From: an uncultured Lentisphaeria bacterium | GTDB lineage: Bacteria > Verrucomicrobiota > Lentisphaeria > JABSQK01 > JAJFLO01 | Direction of reading: 5' to 3' | Length of the DNA stretch: 64,000 nt | Assembly (NCBI GenBank): GCA_951812855.1 | Contig: OX638337.1 | Location: 192,082 to 256,081 of the forward strand | Made by a program: the position numbers and the translations under genes | Part shown: positions 30,061 through 40,303 of the stretch, in pieces | How the letters are laid out: each line of letters opens with the position of its first letter | Numbering within the stretch: the first letter of the stretch is position 1 | The notes under the pieces: model-generated | Database searches by the model: none | Told to the model about the DNA's origin: nothing | What the model saw: only the letters and a program-made list of their open reading frames with translations

Positions 30061-31398
30061 ATGAATAAATCAGACGAAGTTCTCAACAAATTGAAAGTCA
30101 TCATTGATCCGGATCTTGGAAAAGATATCGTAACACTTGGATTTATTAAAAACCTCACCATCACTAAAGGCATCGTTTCGTTTGATCTGGAATTAACAAC
30201 ACCCGCCTGCCCGGTCAAAGAACAATTCAGAGCCGATTGTAAAAGGGTGATCTCAGAGCTGTCATGGGTAAAGGACGTATTACTGACACTGACAAGTTCC
30301 AAACGATCATCAGCACTGAACCGAACTGGGAAAGGCCTTGAAAATGTAAAGAATATCGTTGCTGTAGCCAGCTGCAAGGGTGGGGTCGGCAAATCGACTA
30401 CAGCAGTTAATATTGCCTGCTCTCTATCAAAAAAAGGTGCTTCTGTCGGTATTTTTGATGCCGATATTTACGGACCCAGTCTGGCCACATTAGTCGATGC
30501 TCCGTTCAACGGTTTATTCCAACAGAATGACCTCATTATTCCGGTAGAATATCATGATATGAAACTGATGAGTTTTGCCTATGCCAGTGCGAATGCAGGC
30601 GGAGGACCCGCAATATTAAGAGGACCAATGGTGACTCAAATTATTAATCAATTACTGACCGGTACAAAATGGGGAGAATTAGATTATTTAATAATTGATA
30701 TGCCTCCGGGAACAGGAGATATTCAACTGACACTATCTCAATTAATCCCTGTAACAGCGGCAGTTATTATCACAACACCACAACATTTGAGTTTCATTGA
30801 CGTCAAAAAGGGGATTCAAATGTTTGACCAAATGAAAATTCCAACCATTGCAGTGTTTGAAAACATGAGTTACTTTGTTTGTAATTCGTGTAGTGAAAAA
30901 CATGAAATTTTCGGCAGTGGATCACGAAAAAAATTAGTTGAACAATTTGGGATTAAGAATTCATTTTCAATGCCTCTTGATGAAGAAATCTCTGCCTTCA
31001 GTGATTCCGGGACCCCGTTAATTATAGCCAGGCCGGATAGCAATTCTGCCAAAGAATATAATCACTTTACAGATTCTGTTGTCAGGGAAATCAGTAAAAT
31101 AAATTTTGCAAATTTACCGAAACCTGAGGTTAGTTTCAATGATGGAACCCTTTACTACAAATCTGAAAATGGTGATGGAAACGTAATAAATCCTGCAAAT
31201 TTAAGGCGTCACTGTCGGTGTGCTCAGTGTATCAATGAAATTACAGGCGAACAAATTTTAAACCATGATGATGTAGATGATTCAATCATTCCAAATGAAA
31301 TAAAGCCAATGGGAAATTATGCTGTATCCATATATTGGAGTGATGGCCATTCATCAATATTTCCGTATGCAATGCTTAACGAACTCATAACATTATAA
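30061..31398 (+). CDS. apbC: Iron-sulfur cluster carrier protein Mrp/ApbC (DUF59 - ParA-like ATPase - DUF971 architecture)
   Basis: DUF59 N-terminus (IIDPDLGKDIVTLGFI), P-loop CKGGVGKST, C-terminal CxxC-containing domain. Confidence 0.85.
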   Translation: MNKSDEVLNKLKVIIDPDLGKDIVTLGFIKNLTITKGIVSFDLELTTPACPVKEQFRADCKRVISELSWVKDVLLTLTSSKRSSALNRTGKGLENVKNIVAVASCKGGVGKSTTAVNIACSLSKKGASVGIFDADIYGPSLATLVDAPFNGLFQQNDLIIPVEYHDMKLMSFAYASANAGGGPAILRGPMVTQIINQLLTGTKWGELDYLIIDMPPGTGDIQLTLSQLIPVTAAVIITTPQHLSFIDVKKGIQMFDQMKIPTIAVFENMSYFVCNSCSEKHEIFGSGSRKKLVEQFGIKNSFSMPLDEEISAFSDSGTPLIIARPDSNSAKEYNHFTDSVVREISKINFANLPKPEVSFNDGTLYYKSENGDGNVINPANLRRHCRCAQCINEITGEQILNHDDVDDSIIPNEIKPMGNYAVSIYWSDGHSSIFPYAMLNELITL

Positions 31399-31445
31399 AC
31401 GTATCAACCCCGGCTGTGGGTAAAATTAAAAAAAGGAAAATCTAA

Positions 31446-31865
31446 ATGTACCCTGAAGAAATTATAGCACCAATGCGCAAAGAAGTTGTCGACATTGGAT
31501 TCACCGAATTAAAATCTGCAGCCGATGTGGATAAGGCCTTGAACGAAACCAAAGGAACAAGTTTGGTTTTTGTTAATTCAGTATGTGGATGTGCTGCCGG
31601 AATGGCAAGGCCGGGAATCGCATTGGCATTGAATAAAGCAAAAATTAAGCCGGATAGATTATATACAGTATTTGCCGGGAATGATGCTGAAGCAACATCA
31701 GCAGCAAGAGGATACTTTCATGGGTATCCTCCATCTTCCCCGTGTCTGGGATTGCTGAAAGATGGAAAACTTGCGGCAATAATTCAACGATATGACATTG
31801 AAGGTCATACCGCAGACCAGGTTGCAGACCAACTTGTCGAAGCCTTTGATAAAAATTGTGTATAA
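31446..31865 (+). CDS. Bacilliredoxin BrxA/BrxB family (YphP/YqiW, DUF1094)
   Basis: VFVNSVCGCAAGMARP with the CGC redox motif. Collinear with B. subtilis YphP over the whole length. Confidence 0.8.
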   Translation: MYPEEIIAPMRKEVVDIGFTELKSAADVDKALNETKGTSLVFVNSVCGCAAGMARPGIALALNKAKIKPDRLYTVFAGNDAEATSAARGYFHGYPPSSPCLGLLKDGKLAAIIQRYDIEGHTADQVADQLVEAFDKNCV

Positions 31866-31905
31866 TCAATTTTAAGAATGAATCTGTAAATTTAAGGAGA
31901 GAATT

Positions 31906-32211
31906 GTGGCAGTTACAAAACTTAACAGTGGTAACTTTGATGAGCGTACGAAAACAGGAACCGTTTTAATTGATTTTTGGGCAGAATGGTGCGGCCCATG
32001 TCGTGCACTGAATCCATTGCTTGAAGAAATTGATAACGAAATGGGGGATAAAGTTACAATTGCAAAAGTAAATGTCGATGAAGAGTCTGAACTTGCTCAA
32101 AAATTTGGTGTGATGAGTATTCCGGCACTCTTCATCTTGAAAGATGGTGAAACAGTAAATCAATTTGTCGGTGTCCAAACCAAACAAGTACTGGTCGATG
32201 CATTGAACTAA
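31906..32211 (+). CDS. trxA: Thioredoxin
   Basis: WAEWCGPCR active site. 101 aa. Confidence 0.9.
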   Translation: MAVTKLNSGNFDERTKTGTVLIDFWAEWCGPCRALNPLLEEIDNEMGDKVTIAKVNVDEESELAQKFGVMSIPALFILKDGETVNQFVGVQTKQVLVDALN

Positions 32212-32318
32212 ATCTATACTGCAGAATTTCTATCTGTCTGCTTTTCCGAAATAAAAATTGATTAACATCGTTATGTACTTGTGTTTTGACTTCCTTCGAA
32301 TTGATATCAGGACAGAGG

Positions 32319-33110
32319 TTAAATAAAAACGAGGATTAAAGTGCATAGAGAAAGTGCAAGGCAATAGTAACCGAAATAAGAAAATTTCTTTGCTTTCAGT
32401 AAATGCAACAGCAGTTTCAATGCTACAAAGCCTACAATAAATGAAACTGTTAACCCAATAAAAGTTAATGGAATTGATATTGATACGGATTCTGCAGCAC
32501 GAGAATATTCCTTTATTAAGTCTAACGTTTCTAATAAGACTGCACCAAAGATTGCAGGAATAGCCAGGTAAAAAGAAAATCGAGCCGCTGCTTCATTAGT
32601 AAATCCCAGTCGAGTGCCAATTGATATTGTTGTACCACTGCGGGACACTCCTGGTAAAATCGCAACACATTGCAATACCCCGATTATCAGTGCATGAGAC
32701 CAAGTCATTTCATCGAGGGATTTCTTCTGGTTAATGGGATTGTGGACCACAAGAAGCATGACTGCGGTTATCGCCAGACAAAAGCTGACCAATAAGAGGG
32801 AAGAAAAATAGTTTTCTAAAATGGGTTTTATAACAAGGCCCACAGCAATCAGAGGCAATGTCCCAATGGCTACAAATAAAATAATATTTAATTGCCTGCG
32901 TTTAACTATCTCTAACAAATCCTTAGCGTAATAGACCAGAATAGAACATAACGTTCCTGCATGCAGTACAATTGCATAATAAAGATTATCCTCTTTAAAA
33001 CCAAGAACATGTTGTGAAATCACAAGATGGCCTGAAGAGCTGATCGGCAGGAATTCAGTTATGCCCTGAACAATGGACAATATTACAATTTTAAAGATTT
33101 CGGTAACCAT
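32319..33110 (-). CDS. uppP: Undecaprenyl-diphosphate phosphatase
   Basis: VQGITEFLPISSSGHL and GVSRSG motifs. Eight TM segments. Confidence 0.9.
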   Translation of the reverse strand: MVTEIFKIVILSIVQGITEFLPISSSGHLVISQHVLGFKEDNLYYAIVLHAGTLCSILVYYAKDLLEIVKRRQLNIILFVAIGTLPLIAVGLVIKPILENYFSSLLLVSFCLAITAVMLLVVHNPINQKKSLDEMTWSHALIIGVLQCVAILPGVSRSGTTISIGTRLGFTNEAAARFSFYLAIPAIFGAVLLETLDLIKEYSRAAESVSISIPLTFIGLTVSFIVGFVALKLLLHLLKAKKFSYFGYYCLALSLCTLILVFI

Positions 33111-33116
33111 TAGATA

Positions 33117-34139
33117 CTATCTATTTTCATACATTTCCGAATAATAATTTTTATATTCTCCGGACGTTATGTTATCGACCCAGTTTTTATTATTATAATA
33201 CCAACTTAATGTCTTAACTATTCCGCTGTCAAAATCTATCGTGGGCTTCCAACCCAGGGTATTTCTAATTTTAGATGAATCAATTGCATAACGTCGATCA
33301 TGACCAGATCGATCTTTAACAAACTCGATTAACGATTCCGGTTTACTAAGATAAGATAAAATAATATTTATAATATCCAGATTCGTCTTTTCACAATCTG
33401 CCCCGACATTATAGACATTGCCCGGCTCTCCCATGGTATAGGCAAACCAGATTGCACGGCAATGATCATGTACATGAATCCAGTCCCGCACATTTTTACC
33501 ATCCCCATATACAGGTAAATTTTTGTTTGTCCTTGCGTTATTAAACATCAAAGGTATTAGTTTTTCCGGGAATTGATGACGACCATAGTTGTTTGAACAT
33601 CGTGTAATAACTGTCTCCAAGCCATAGGTGTGCTGATACGCCTGAACAAAAAAATCTGCGGATGCTTTACTGACACTATACGGAGAATTCGGTTTAATGG
33701 GAGAATTTTCAGAAAACGTCCCTTCGGCACCCAGCGATCCGTACACCTCATCCGTCGATACTTGTAAAAAACGCTTCGTCTCATTGGCAACCGCTTGCTG
33801 CAGTAAGACCAGAGTACCCATTATATTTGTATCAACGAATATTCCAGGCCTGGTAATTGAGCGATCAACATGTGATTCTGCTGCAAAATTAATAATACCC
33901 TCAACACTGTTTTCGGATAGAATTTTTGAAACAAGTGTTTCATCACAAATATCACCCCGAATAAACTGATACTGAGATTCATCCATAACATCTTCTAAAT
34001 TTTCTAAATTCCCTGCGTAGGTTAAACTATCAAGATTAATCACCTTATATCCCGGCTGCTCTTCAATTACCATGGCGATAAAGTTACTGCCGATAAATCC
34101 ACAGCCGCCCGTTACTAAAATTGTTTTTTCAGTATTCAT
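33117..34139 (-). CDS. rfbB: dTDP-glucose 4,6-dehydratase
   Basis: ILVTGGCGFIGSNF, YSVSKASADFFVQAY (YxxxK). 340 aa. Confidence 0.9.
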   Translation of the reverse strand: MNTEKTILVTGGCGFIGSNFIAMVIEEQPGYKVINLDSLTYAGNLENLEDVMDESQYQFIRGDICDETLVSKILSENSVEGIINFAAESHVDRSITRPGIFVDTNIMGTLVLLQQAVANETKRFLQVSTDEVYGSLGAEGTFSENSPIKPNSPYSVSKASADFFVQAYQHTYGLETVITRCSNNYGRHQFPEKLIPLMFNNARTNKNLPVYGDGKNVRDWIHVHDHCRAIWFAYTMGEPGNVYNVGADCEKTNLDIINIILSYLSKPESLIEFVKDRSGHDRRYAIDSSKIRNTLGWKPTIDFDSGIVKTLSWYYNNKNWVDNITSGEYKNYYSEMYENR

Positions 34140-34981
34140 TTCATTTCCTTTAAAAAATCACCCAGAGTTGAATCCCAATCTGTCCGAAATTCGGGAAAGA
34201 GAGAATCGATTTTATTACAATTAAATTTAGAGTTTAATGGTCGTTTTGCCGGTGCTGGACTGTAATCGGATGCACACGGAATTAACGTGGTTTTTAAATT
34301 CAAATTGTCAATGATAAATTGTGCGATTTCATACCGTGTTGCATATCCCTTTGCAGCGAATAGATACAATCCCTCTGCTTGATTTTCCACGAGTTTACAA
34401 ATAAGCCTGGCAGCCTCAGCAGTTGCAGTTGGTGAACCATGTTGATCATTTACAATAGTAAGACTGTCCCGAGTCTTCGTCCGATCCAGTATTTTATTTA
34501 TAAAGCCTGTACCATTATGACCATATGTCCATTCCAGTCTTAAAATACAATGCCTGCAACCACTGTTGATAAGTAATGTTTCGCCTTTAAGTTTACTCTT
34601 GCCATACACATTTAGTGGATTAGTATCATCTGATTCGATATAAACCCCGTTCTTTCTGCCATCATAAACAAAATCTGTACTTAAATGAATCAAATACTTA
34701 TTCAACTTTTTTACGATCTTTCCTAATTCTCCAACAGCAACAGCGTTAACTGCATCTGCTGTCAATTGATTTGATTCCGCACCATCTACATTTGTATAGG
34801 CAGCACAATTAATAATTATTTCAACATTAGATACTGCATCAATTAAGTGATCGTGATTGGTAATATCAAACATCGGCCGACTAAATCCTATAACATTATG
34901 CCGGCATTTCTGTAAAGTACGAATAACATCAAACCCAAGCATCCCGTTAGAACCCAAAACTGCAATATTGTGTTTAGTCAT
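34136..34981 (-). CDS. rfbD: dTDP-4-dehydrorhamnose reductase
   Basis: IAVLGSNGMLG, NCAAYTNVD. Overlaps rfbB by 4 nt (operon). Confidence 0.85.
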   Translation of the reverse strand: MTKHNIAVLGSNGMLGFDVIRTLQKCRHNVIGFSRPMFDITNHDHLIDAVSNVEIIINCAAYTNVDGAESNQLTADAVNAVAVGELGKIVKKLNKYLIHLSTDFVYDGRKNGVYIESDDTNPLNVYGKSKLKGETLLINSGCRHCILRLEWTYGHNGTGFINKILDRTKTRDSLTIVNDQHGSPTATAEAARLICKLVENQAEGLYLFAAKGYATRYEIAQFIIDNLNLKTTLIPCASDYSPAPAKRPLNSKFNCNKIDSLFPEFRTDWDSTLGDFLKEMK

Positions 34982-35628
34982 ATGAGTTATAAAAATTAAA
35001 AATTCAATATAGCAGTTTTATTTCTCTGTCAGCATTCGATCCTCAACGGACACACGAAGTGTCACTAATTTCAATTGAGGGCATGAATCCTGATTGCAGC
35101 GATTTTCAGATATATTCTGCACGATTATATTCCTGAAATCTTGTTTAGCTTCTGTATCATTGTTTAGATATCACCTATTTTCCGGGATCACAGTATCGTC
35201 TATTGTTTCAGTTTTCTCGCCGTTTTTGGTAATGTGCTGTACCCTAACTGGTTTTTAATGGGAATGGAAGCTATGAAACCCATGGCTGTCAGTAATTTAA
35301 AATCCCTTATCAATACGCAAAATATAAATAAGAATCAGTAATAATGAAACAGAAAATCCCCTGCATCGCTATGGAATATATAGATGGCCGAAGTTGAAGA
35401 GATCTGCTATCAAGCCGGGGCTATTCAGCGATCAATCTTGTTCAAAAAATTAATATTTTAAAGCAAGCTGCAGTGTAGCAGGTCTGGGTGCGATTCATAA
35501 ACAAAATGCTTTACACCGGAATGTAAAACCAGCGAATATGTGTTACTTGATTAAGAATTTAAATCGTAAATCAACCGACTTTGGAATTGCTTTTACCCGT
35601 GTAAAAGGTAAAAGGCTGTGGTAATGAC

Positions 35629-35922
35629 TTACTTCTCCGAGTCCTCAGCCGGTTCGGAACGCTTAGGAACAGTAATAGTATCCTCTTTGGCTGCAATGAC
35701 TTTCGGTTCTTCATTACCCCCGCTGTTTTCAGTCCTGGAGATGTCATGCAGCGTATTTTCTGTCATGTGCTTAATCCTGGAATATCCTCTTTGAATTTCC
35801 GCATAAAAATTACCTGAATTTTTAAAAAATTTCGGCAAATCTTTCGGTTTTACAAAAATAATTACAGCAATAATTACTAATACAATTTCTCCAAATCCGG
35901 GACTTGGCATAAATACCCTCAC
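35629..35922 (-). CDS. Twin-arginine translocase TatA/TatB family protein (probable)
   Basis: Short N-terminal TM helix (GEIVLVIIAVIIFV) followed by amphipathic KPKDLPKFFKNSG. The real start may be the internal ATG at 35910. Confidence 0.5.
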   Translation of the reverse strand: MRVFMPSPGFGEIVLVIIAVIIFVKPKDLPKFFKNSGNFYAEIQRGYSRIKHMTENTLHDISRTENSGGNEEPKVIAAKEDTITVPKRSEPAEDSEK

Positions 35923-36184
35923 AATCTAAGTTAAATGCAGCAGGCAATATAATACGATTATTCCCGATTGAAAAACCAATACCAGTGTAGAATATTGCAT
36001 CGACAAAAAAATTTGTTTAAGAAATCAGTGTCACGGTGAGATGGTTTGATTGAGTAAAATCTCAATCTCACTGATCGAATATTTTAGGGACACTATTAAA
36101 GTAATTAGTGGTTTTGCATTAACCAATTATTCTTTTTATTTCCAATTCATTACATTTTACTCAGATTTTTTTAGTCTCAATCGC

Positions 36185-36261
36185 TGCCTCGGTAGCTCAG
36201 CTGGATAGAGCAATAGCCTTCTAAGCTATGGGTCACAGGTTCGAATCCTGTCCGGGGTACC
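36185..36261 (+). tRNA. tRNA-Arg (anticodon TCT), CCA encoded
   Basis: GCCTCGGTAGCTCAGCTGGATAGAGCAATAGCCTTCTAAGCTATGGGTCACAGGTTCGAATCCTGTCCGGGGTACCA. Confidence 0.9.
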
Positions 36262-36341
36262 AAATTCACTTTATCAAACATTTAATGATTTTCAGCCAAT
36301 CGCCACCCCTTCATAAAATCATATGAATTAATTACAGTCAT

Positions 36342-36418
36342 GCGCCCGTAGCTCAGCTGGATAGAGTGTCTCCCTCCGAAGGAGAAGGTCCCGCGTTCGA
36401 ATCGCGGCGGGCGTACCA
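36342..36418 (+). tRNA. tRNA-Arg (anticodon CCG), CCA encoded
   Basis: GCGCCCGTAGCTCAGCTGGATAGAGTGTCTCCCTCCGAAGGAGAAGGTCCCGCGTTCGAATCGCGGCGGGCGTACCA. Confidence 0.9.
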
Positions 36419-36471
36419 TTAAAATAATCTCATTGAACTATAATTAGTATAAATCGATATGATAAAAAGCA

Positions 36472-37416
36472 TTGTTCATGAACTGTCGAAAATTAGGAAA
36501 AACAGAATTAAACATCTCTGAAATCGGTTTTGGTTCGTGGGGTATTGGAGGATTTCCATTCTGGAATTCTGATGGTGATAAAAAATCGATTCGGTCAATA
36601 GAAAAAGCCATTGATCTGGGTATCAATTTTTTCGATACGGCACCGGTTTACGGATTTGGGCATTCTGAAGAATTGCTGGGCAAGACATTAAAACCGGTCA
36701 GAGATAAGGTTATCATCGCAACAAAATGCGGTTTGACATGGAATAAACGAAAAATTTCTGCTATCACCAGGAATTGTACCAGGAAATCTATTCTAAAGGA
36801 AATAGATCAGAGTTTAAGCCGATTAAAAACTGACAGGATTGATTTGTATCAGGTACACTGGCCGGATGTCAAAACACCACAGGAAGAAACAATGACGGCC
36901 TTGATGGAACTGCAGCAAAAAGGGAAAATACGATATTTTGGAGTGAGTAATTATTCACTGGAACAATTAAAAGCCGGCTTAAAAATCGCATGCATCGAAT
37001 CAATACAAGTCCCGTATAATCTTCTGAACCGATCGATCGAAAAGGATATACTGCCTTTCTGCAAGAGTAACAATATCAGTGTTATTGCTTATAGTCCGCT
37101 GGCATCGGGAGTTTTAACGGGTAAATATAATAAAGAAACTAAGTTTACAGATTGGAGAAGCAAAAGCATTCCAGGGGATTTCAGCGGTGAAAAATATGAA
37201 ATTAATATTGATAAAGTCGACCAATTAAAAAAACTCGCCTTTAGTTTAAATGACAATACCACCCGGACAGCGATCAAATGGACATTAAATGATTCATCAA
37301 TAGCCAGTACTTTGGTCGGCGTCAAAAACGATGCACAACTCAAGGAGAATTTAAAGGGTATCGATCAAAGGCTGCAGGGGCATCTCATCAGCAAGCTAAA
37401 TCGGATATTCTTATGA
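36472..37416 (+). CDS. Aldo/keto reductase
   Basis: LGKTELNISEIGFGSWGIGG N-terminus and the AKR catalytic tetrad region. 314 aa. Confidence 0.85.
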   Translation: MFMNCRKLGKTELNISEIGFGSWGIGGFPFWNSDGDKKSIRSIEKAIDLGINFFDTAPVYGFGHSEELLGKTLKPVRDKVIIATKCGLTWNKRKISAITRNCTRKSILKEIDQSLSRLKTDRIDLYQVHWPDVKTPQEETMTALMELQQKGKIRYFGVSNYSLEQLKAGLKIACIESIQVPYNLLNRSIEKDILPFCKSNNISVIAYSPLASGVLTGKYNKETKFTDWRSKSIPGDFSGEKYEINIDKVDQLKKLAFSLNDNTTRTAIKWTLNDSSIASTLVGVKNDAQLKENLKGIDQRLQGHLISKLNRIFL

Positions 37417-37459
37417 CATCACATATAATCAGGTTAATCTATTACATCATTCTCTTGTC

Positions 37460-37636
37460 ATGAAGTTTATCAGCATTTCCGAATCCGGTGGATTTATAAG
37501 AATTCTTATAGGCGGGAGTTGGTATCATTCGGCAAAAGGATGCGGTTCAGCACATAGAGACGGTGTTGATCCATCCAGCACGGATAAGGATTTTGGTTTT
37601 CGCATCGTCTTAGCTCCAGACTATACTGACAAATGA
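37460..37636 (+). pseudogene. C-terminal fragment (58 aa) of a formylglycine-generating-enzyme / sulfatase-modifying-factor family protein
   Basis: Manual translation: MKFISISESGGFIRILIGGSWYHSAKGCGSAHRDGVDPSSTDKDFGFRIVLAP. This matches the ...RGGSW...R...GFR C-terminal signature of the FGE-sulfatase domain. The rest of the roughly 250 aa domain is absent. Confidence 0.4.
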
Positions 37637-37666
37637 TTTTTGGAAAATAATAAATAAATTGACCCC

Positions 37667-38962
37667 ATGAAAAAATATTCATTTAAGGACAAAAACTTTG
37701 ACTCGAACATTAATGAGTTATGCTGCCGTTCAGCATTTTCTAATACAATTGACAGTGAAGTAGAAAAAATACTGAATGATATTCGAAAATATGGTGATAA
37801 TGCCATAGTAAAATATGCAAAAAAGTTTGACAATGTCAGCTTAACTCCCGGTACATTCAAAGTTGGTGAAGAAGAAATACAGCAGGCAAAATCTCAGATT
37901 GATGCCAAGACTGTCGAAGCAATAAATTTTGCATTCGATAATGTTTCAACATTTGCAACACAACGTCGCCCGGAAAATTGGGATTTTTCGCCAAGACAGG
38001 GAGTAAAGCTTGGTGAACGGTTTGCTCCATACCAAAGAATAGCCGCTTATATCCCGGGCGGCAACGCCCCACTGGTTTCGACCGTCATCCACACGGTTAC
38101 TTTTGCTAAAATCGCGGGTGTTAATGAGATCGCCATCACAACCCCCCCCTCCCCTTCAGGAACTGTACATCCAGGAATTTTAGCAGCAGCAGCAATAGCC
38201 GGTGCTGCAGAAATTTATAAATTGGGCGGTGTATACGCCATCGGCGCCATGGCATTTGGAACTCAGACAATCCCGAAAGTTGAAAAGATTGTCGGGCCCG
38301 GAAATGCCTATGTAACAGCTGCTAAACGGTATGTTTATGGAAATGTTTCTTTAGACTTGGTCGCCGGCCCGTCGGAGGTACTTATTATCGCAGATAAATC
38401 AGCAAATTCCAAATTCATTGCTGCTGATATGCTTGCTCAGGCAGAACATGGCTCAGGTCATGAATACGCAATTTTAGTCACAGACTCTAAATCCATCATT
38501 GCCGACGTCGAAAATGAACTGACGAAACAGAGTAAATTGTTGAAACACAAACATGCTGTCAAGAAGGTATTACAGAATGGTGTCTATCTTATAAACATTG
38601 AAACCATTGATCACGGTATAAATATTGCCAATCAAATAGGACCTGAACATTTAGAAATAATGACAAAAAACCCGAGAAAAATTGCTTCGGAAATTACTGC
38701 GGCAGGTGCAATATTTTTAGGAGACTGGACACCGGAACCGGTTGGAGATTTTATCGCCGGCCCCAGCCATGTTCTTCCCACAGGCGGAACCAGCCACATG
38801 TTTAGCGGTTTAACAATTGATCACTTTTACCGAAAACTCAGCATGGTTGAATATGATAAAAAGGCGTTAGAAAAAGAGTCTTTTGCTCTGAGTGAATTTG
38901 CCAGGCTTGAGGATCTGGATGCACATGGCCGTTCAGTAGAGATTCGGTTTGATGAAGATTAA
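37667..38962 (+). CDS. hisD: Histidinol dehydrogenase
   Basis: Conserved HisD core with QAEHGSGHEY zinc-binding region. 431 aa. Confidence 0.9.
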   Translation: MKKYSFKDKNFDSNINELCCRSAFSNTIDSEVEKILNDIRKYGDNAIVKYAKKFDNVSLTPGTFKVGEEEIQQAKSQIDAKTVEAINFAFDNVSTFATQRRPENWDFSPRQGVKLGERFAPYQRIAAYIPGGNAPLVSTVIHTVTFAKIAGVNEIAITTPPSPSGTVHPGILAAAAIAGAAEIYKLGGVYAIGAMAFGTQTIPKVEKIVGPGNAYVTAAKRYVYGNVSLDLVAGPSEVLIIADKSANSKFIAADMLAQAEHGSGHEYAILVTDSKSIIADVENELTKQSKLLKHKHAVKKVLQNGVYLINIETIDHGINIANQIGPEHLEIMTKNPRKIASEITAAGAIFLGDWTPEPVGDFIAGPSHVLPTGGTSHMFSGLTIDHFYRKLSMVEYDKKALEKESFALSEFARLEDLDAHGRSVEIRFDED

Positions 38963-39018
38963 ATATCAAGTGGCAGGTATGAATTCTAAATAATTCTTGT
39001 GTAACGACGACGAAAAGT

Positions 39019-39648
39019 CTAAATCTGATTGTGTGTGATATCCGTTTTTGTCTTTAATTCATCGTGCAGTTTTGCTGCGTCTTCATATCGCTCTTCGCCG
39101 ACAGCTTTCTTTAAATCCTCTTTCAGTTTTTGTATCGGATCAACCGGTTCTTCTTCTTCTTTTTCTTTTGTTTTATCTAAATTTACAGCGGCAGCCTTAA
39201 ACACGCTTTCATGGACGAAAATAGGTGCTTCAAAACGTAATGCCAGAGCAATTGCATCTGATGGACGAGAGTCTAAATCCAAAATTTCGTTACTGTTTTG
39301 AATAAAAACCCGTGCGTAAAATGTTCCATCAATTAAATCCGTTACGTGTATTTTAGTAATTTTACAATTCAGATCCCCAAGAATACTCTTAAATAAGTCG
39401 TGAGAAAGGGGACGTGGAAAACTCTGATTATTATAACATGCGGCGATTGAGTGAGCTTCCATTGCACCAATACATATTGGCAATACGTCCTCATTTCCGT
39501 CTCGTTTTAGAAAAACGATAAAACCCAGGTTACTAAGAGAGATATTTTCAATTTTTACCTGTATAAATGCTGATTTTTTCATAAAATCGTGACTGTTTTT
39601 TCCAATTAATAATCCAATAAAAATCGAGAGAATATATGATTTTGACAT
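39019..39648 (-). CDS. Bifunctional nuclease family protein (DUF151/BFN) with a C-terminal UVR motif
   Basis: BFN core and C-terminal QKLKEDLKKAVGEERYEDAAKLHDELK (UvrB/UvrC motif). Confidence 0.7.
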   Translation of the reverse strand: MSKSYILSIFIGLLIGKNSHDFMKKSAFIQVKIENISLSNLGFIVFLKRDGNEDVLPICIGAMEAHSIAACYNNQSFPRPLSHDLFKSILGDLNCKITKIHVTDLIDGTFYARVFIQNSNEILDLDSRPSDAIALALRFEAPIFVHESVFKAAAVNLDKTKEKEEEEPVDPIQKLKEDLKKAVGEERYEDAAKLHDELKTKTDITHNQI

Positions 39649-39649
39649 A

Positions 39650-40303
39650 CTGATTATTGCAAAATATCAGAGTATAAATCCAAAATCAACTGCTTAATCT
39701 AACACGGTCTTTAAATTTCATTTATTAATTTTGTTTTTATCTTCACCACACTCGCTGATTATACTACCTGAAACTGCAGGATATTACAAGAAATTCTGAT
39801 TCTTCGCTGTAGAGCAAGTGAAATGAAACGACCAATTAATTAACAAGATTATATTATTTAGGAATATTTCCCTCTTAATATCGTTTTCACTATTATTCGG
39901 CATAGTTTAAATAACCCGTTTCAAAACATCCCCGAGCTCATTCAAATGTTTTCGATCTAACACATTTTCGGATAATAATTCAATGATAGAATCTTGCGAA
40001 ATTTCATTTTTTTTAAAATTTATTTTAGGAAATAAATAAATATTATGATAAAAGCATGATGAATCTGAAACGTATTTTTCAATACGTTAAAAAAATTATG
40101 TGAGTTATTGCCGTATTATTAAAGACTTATATCCTTCATATAAAGAATTGGAAAAATATGTTCATAAAATGACTTGATACTGTTTTTTATTTTTGCTACA
40201 TTGGATTGAATTTCACCGCGGAACTGCTTGAAAACAATGTTGATAACCTGTTAATACTGTGTTAGTTAATGCCAAGAACTTGTTAATAAATGGAGATTTA
40301 CCC
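39650..40303. promoter_or_regulatory. Candidate replication origin (oriC) / dnaA promoter region
   Basis: 650 bp non-coding, strongly AT-rich (for example 40000-40060) directly upstream of dnaA. Degenerate DnaA-box-like 9-mers: TGTTGATAA at 40237, TTCACCACA at 39741, complement of TTCGGATAA at 39966. Confidence 0.35.
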
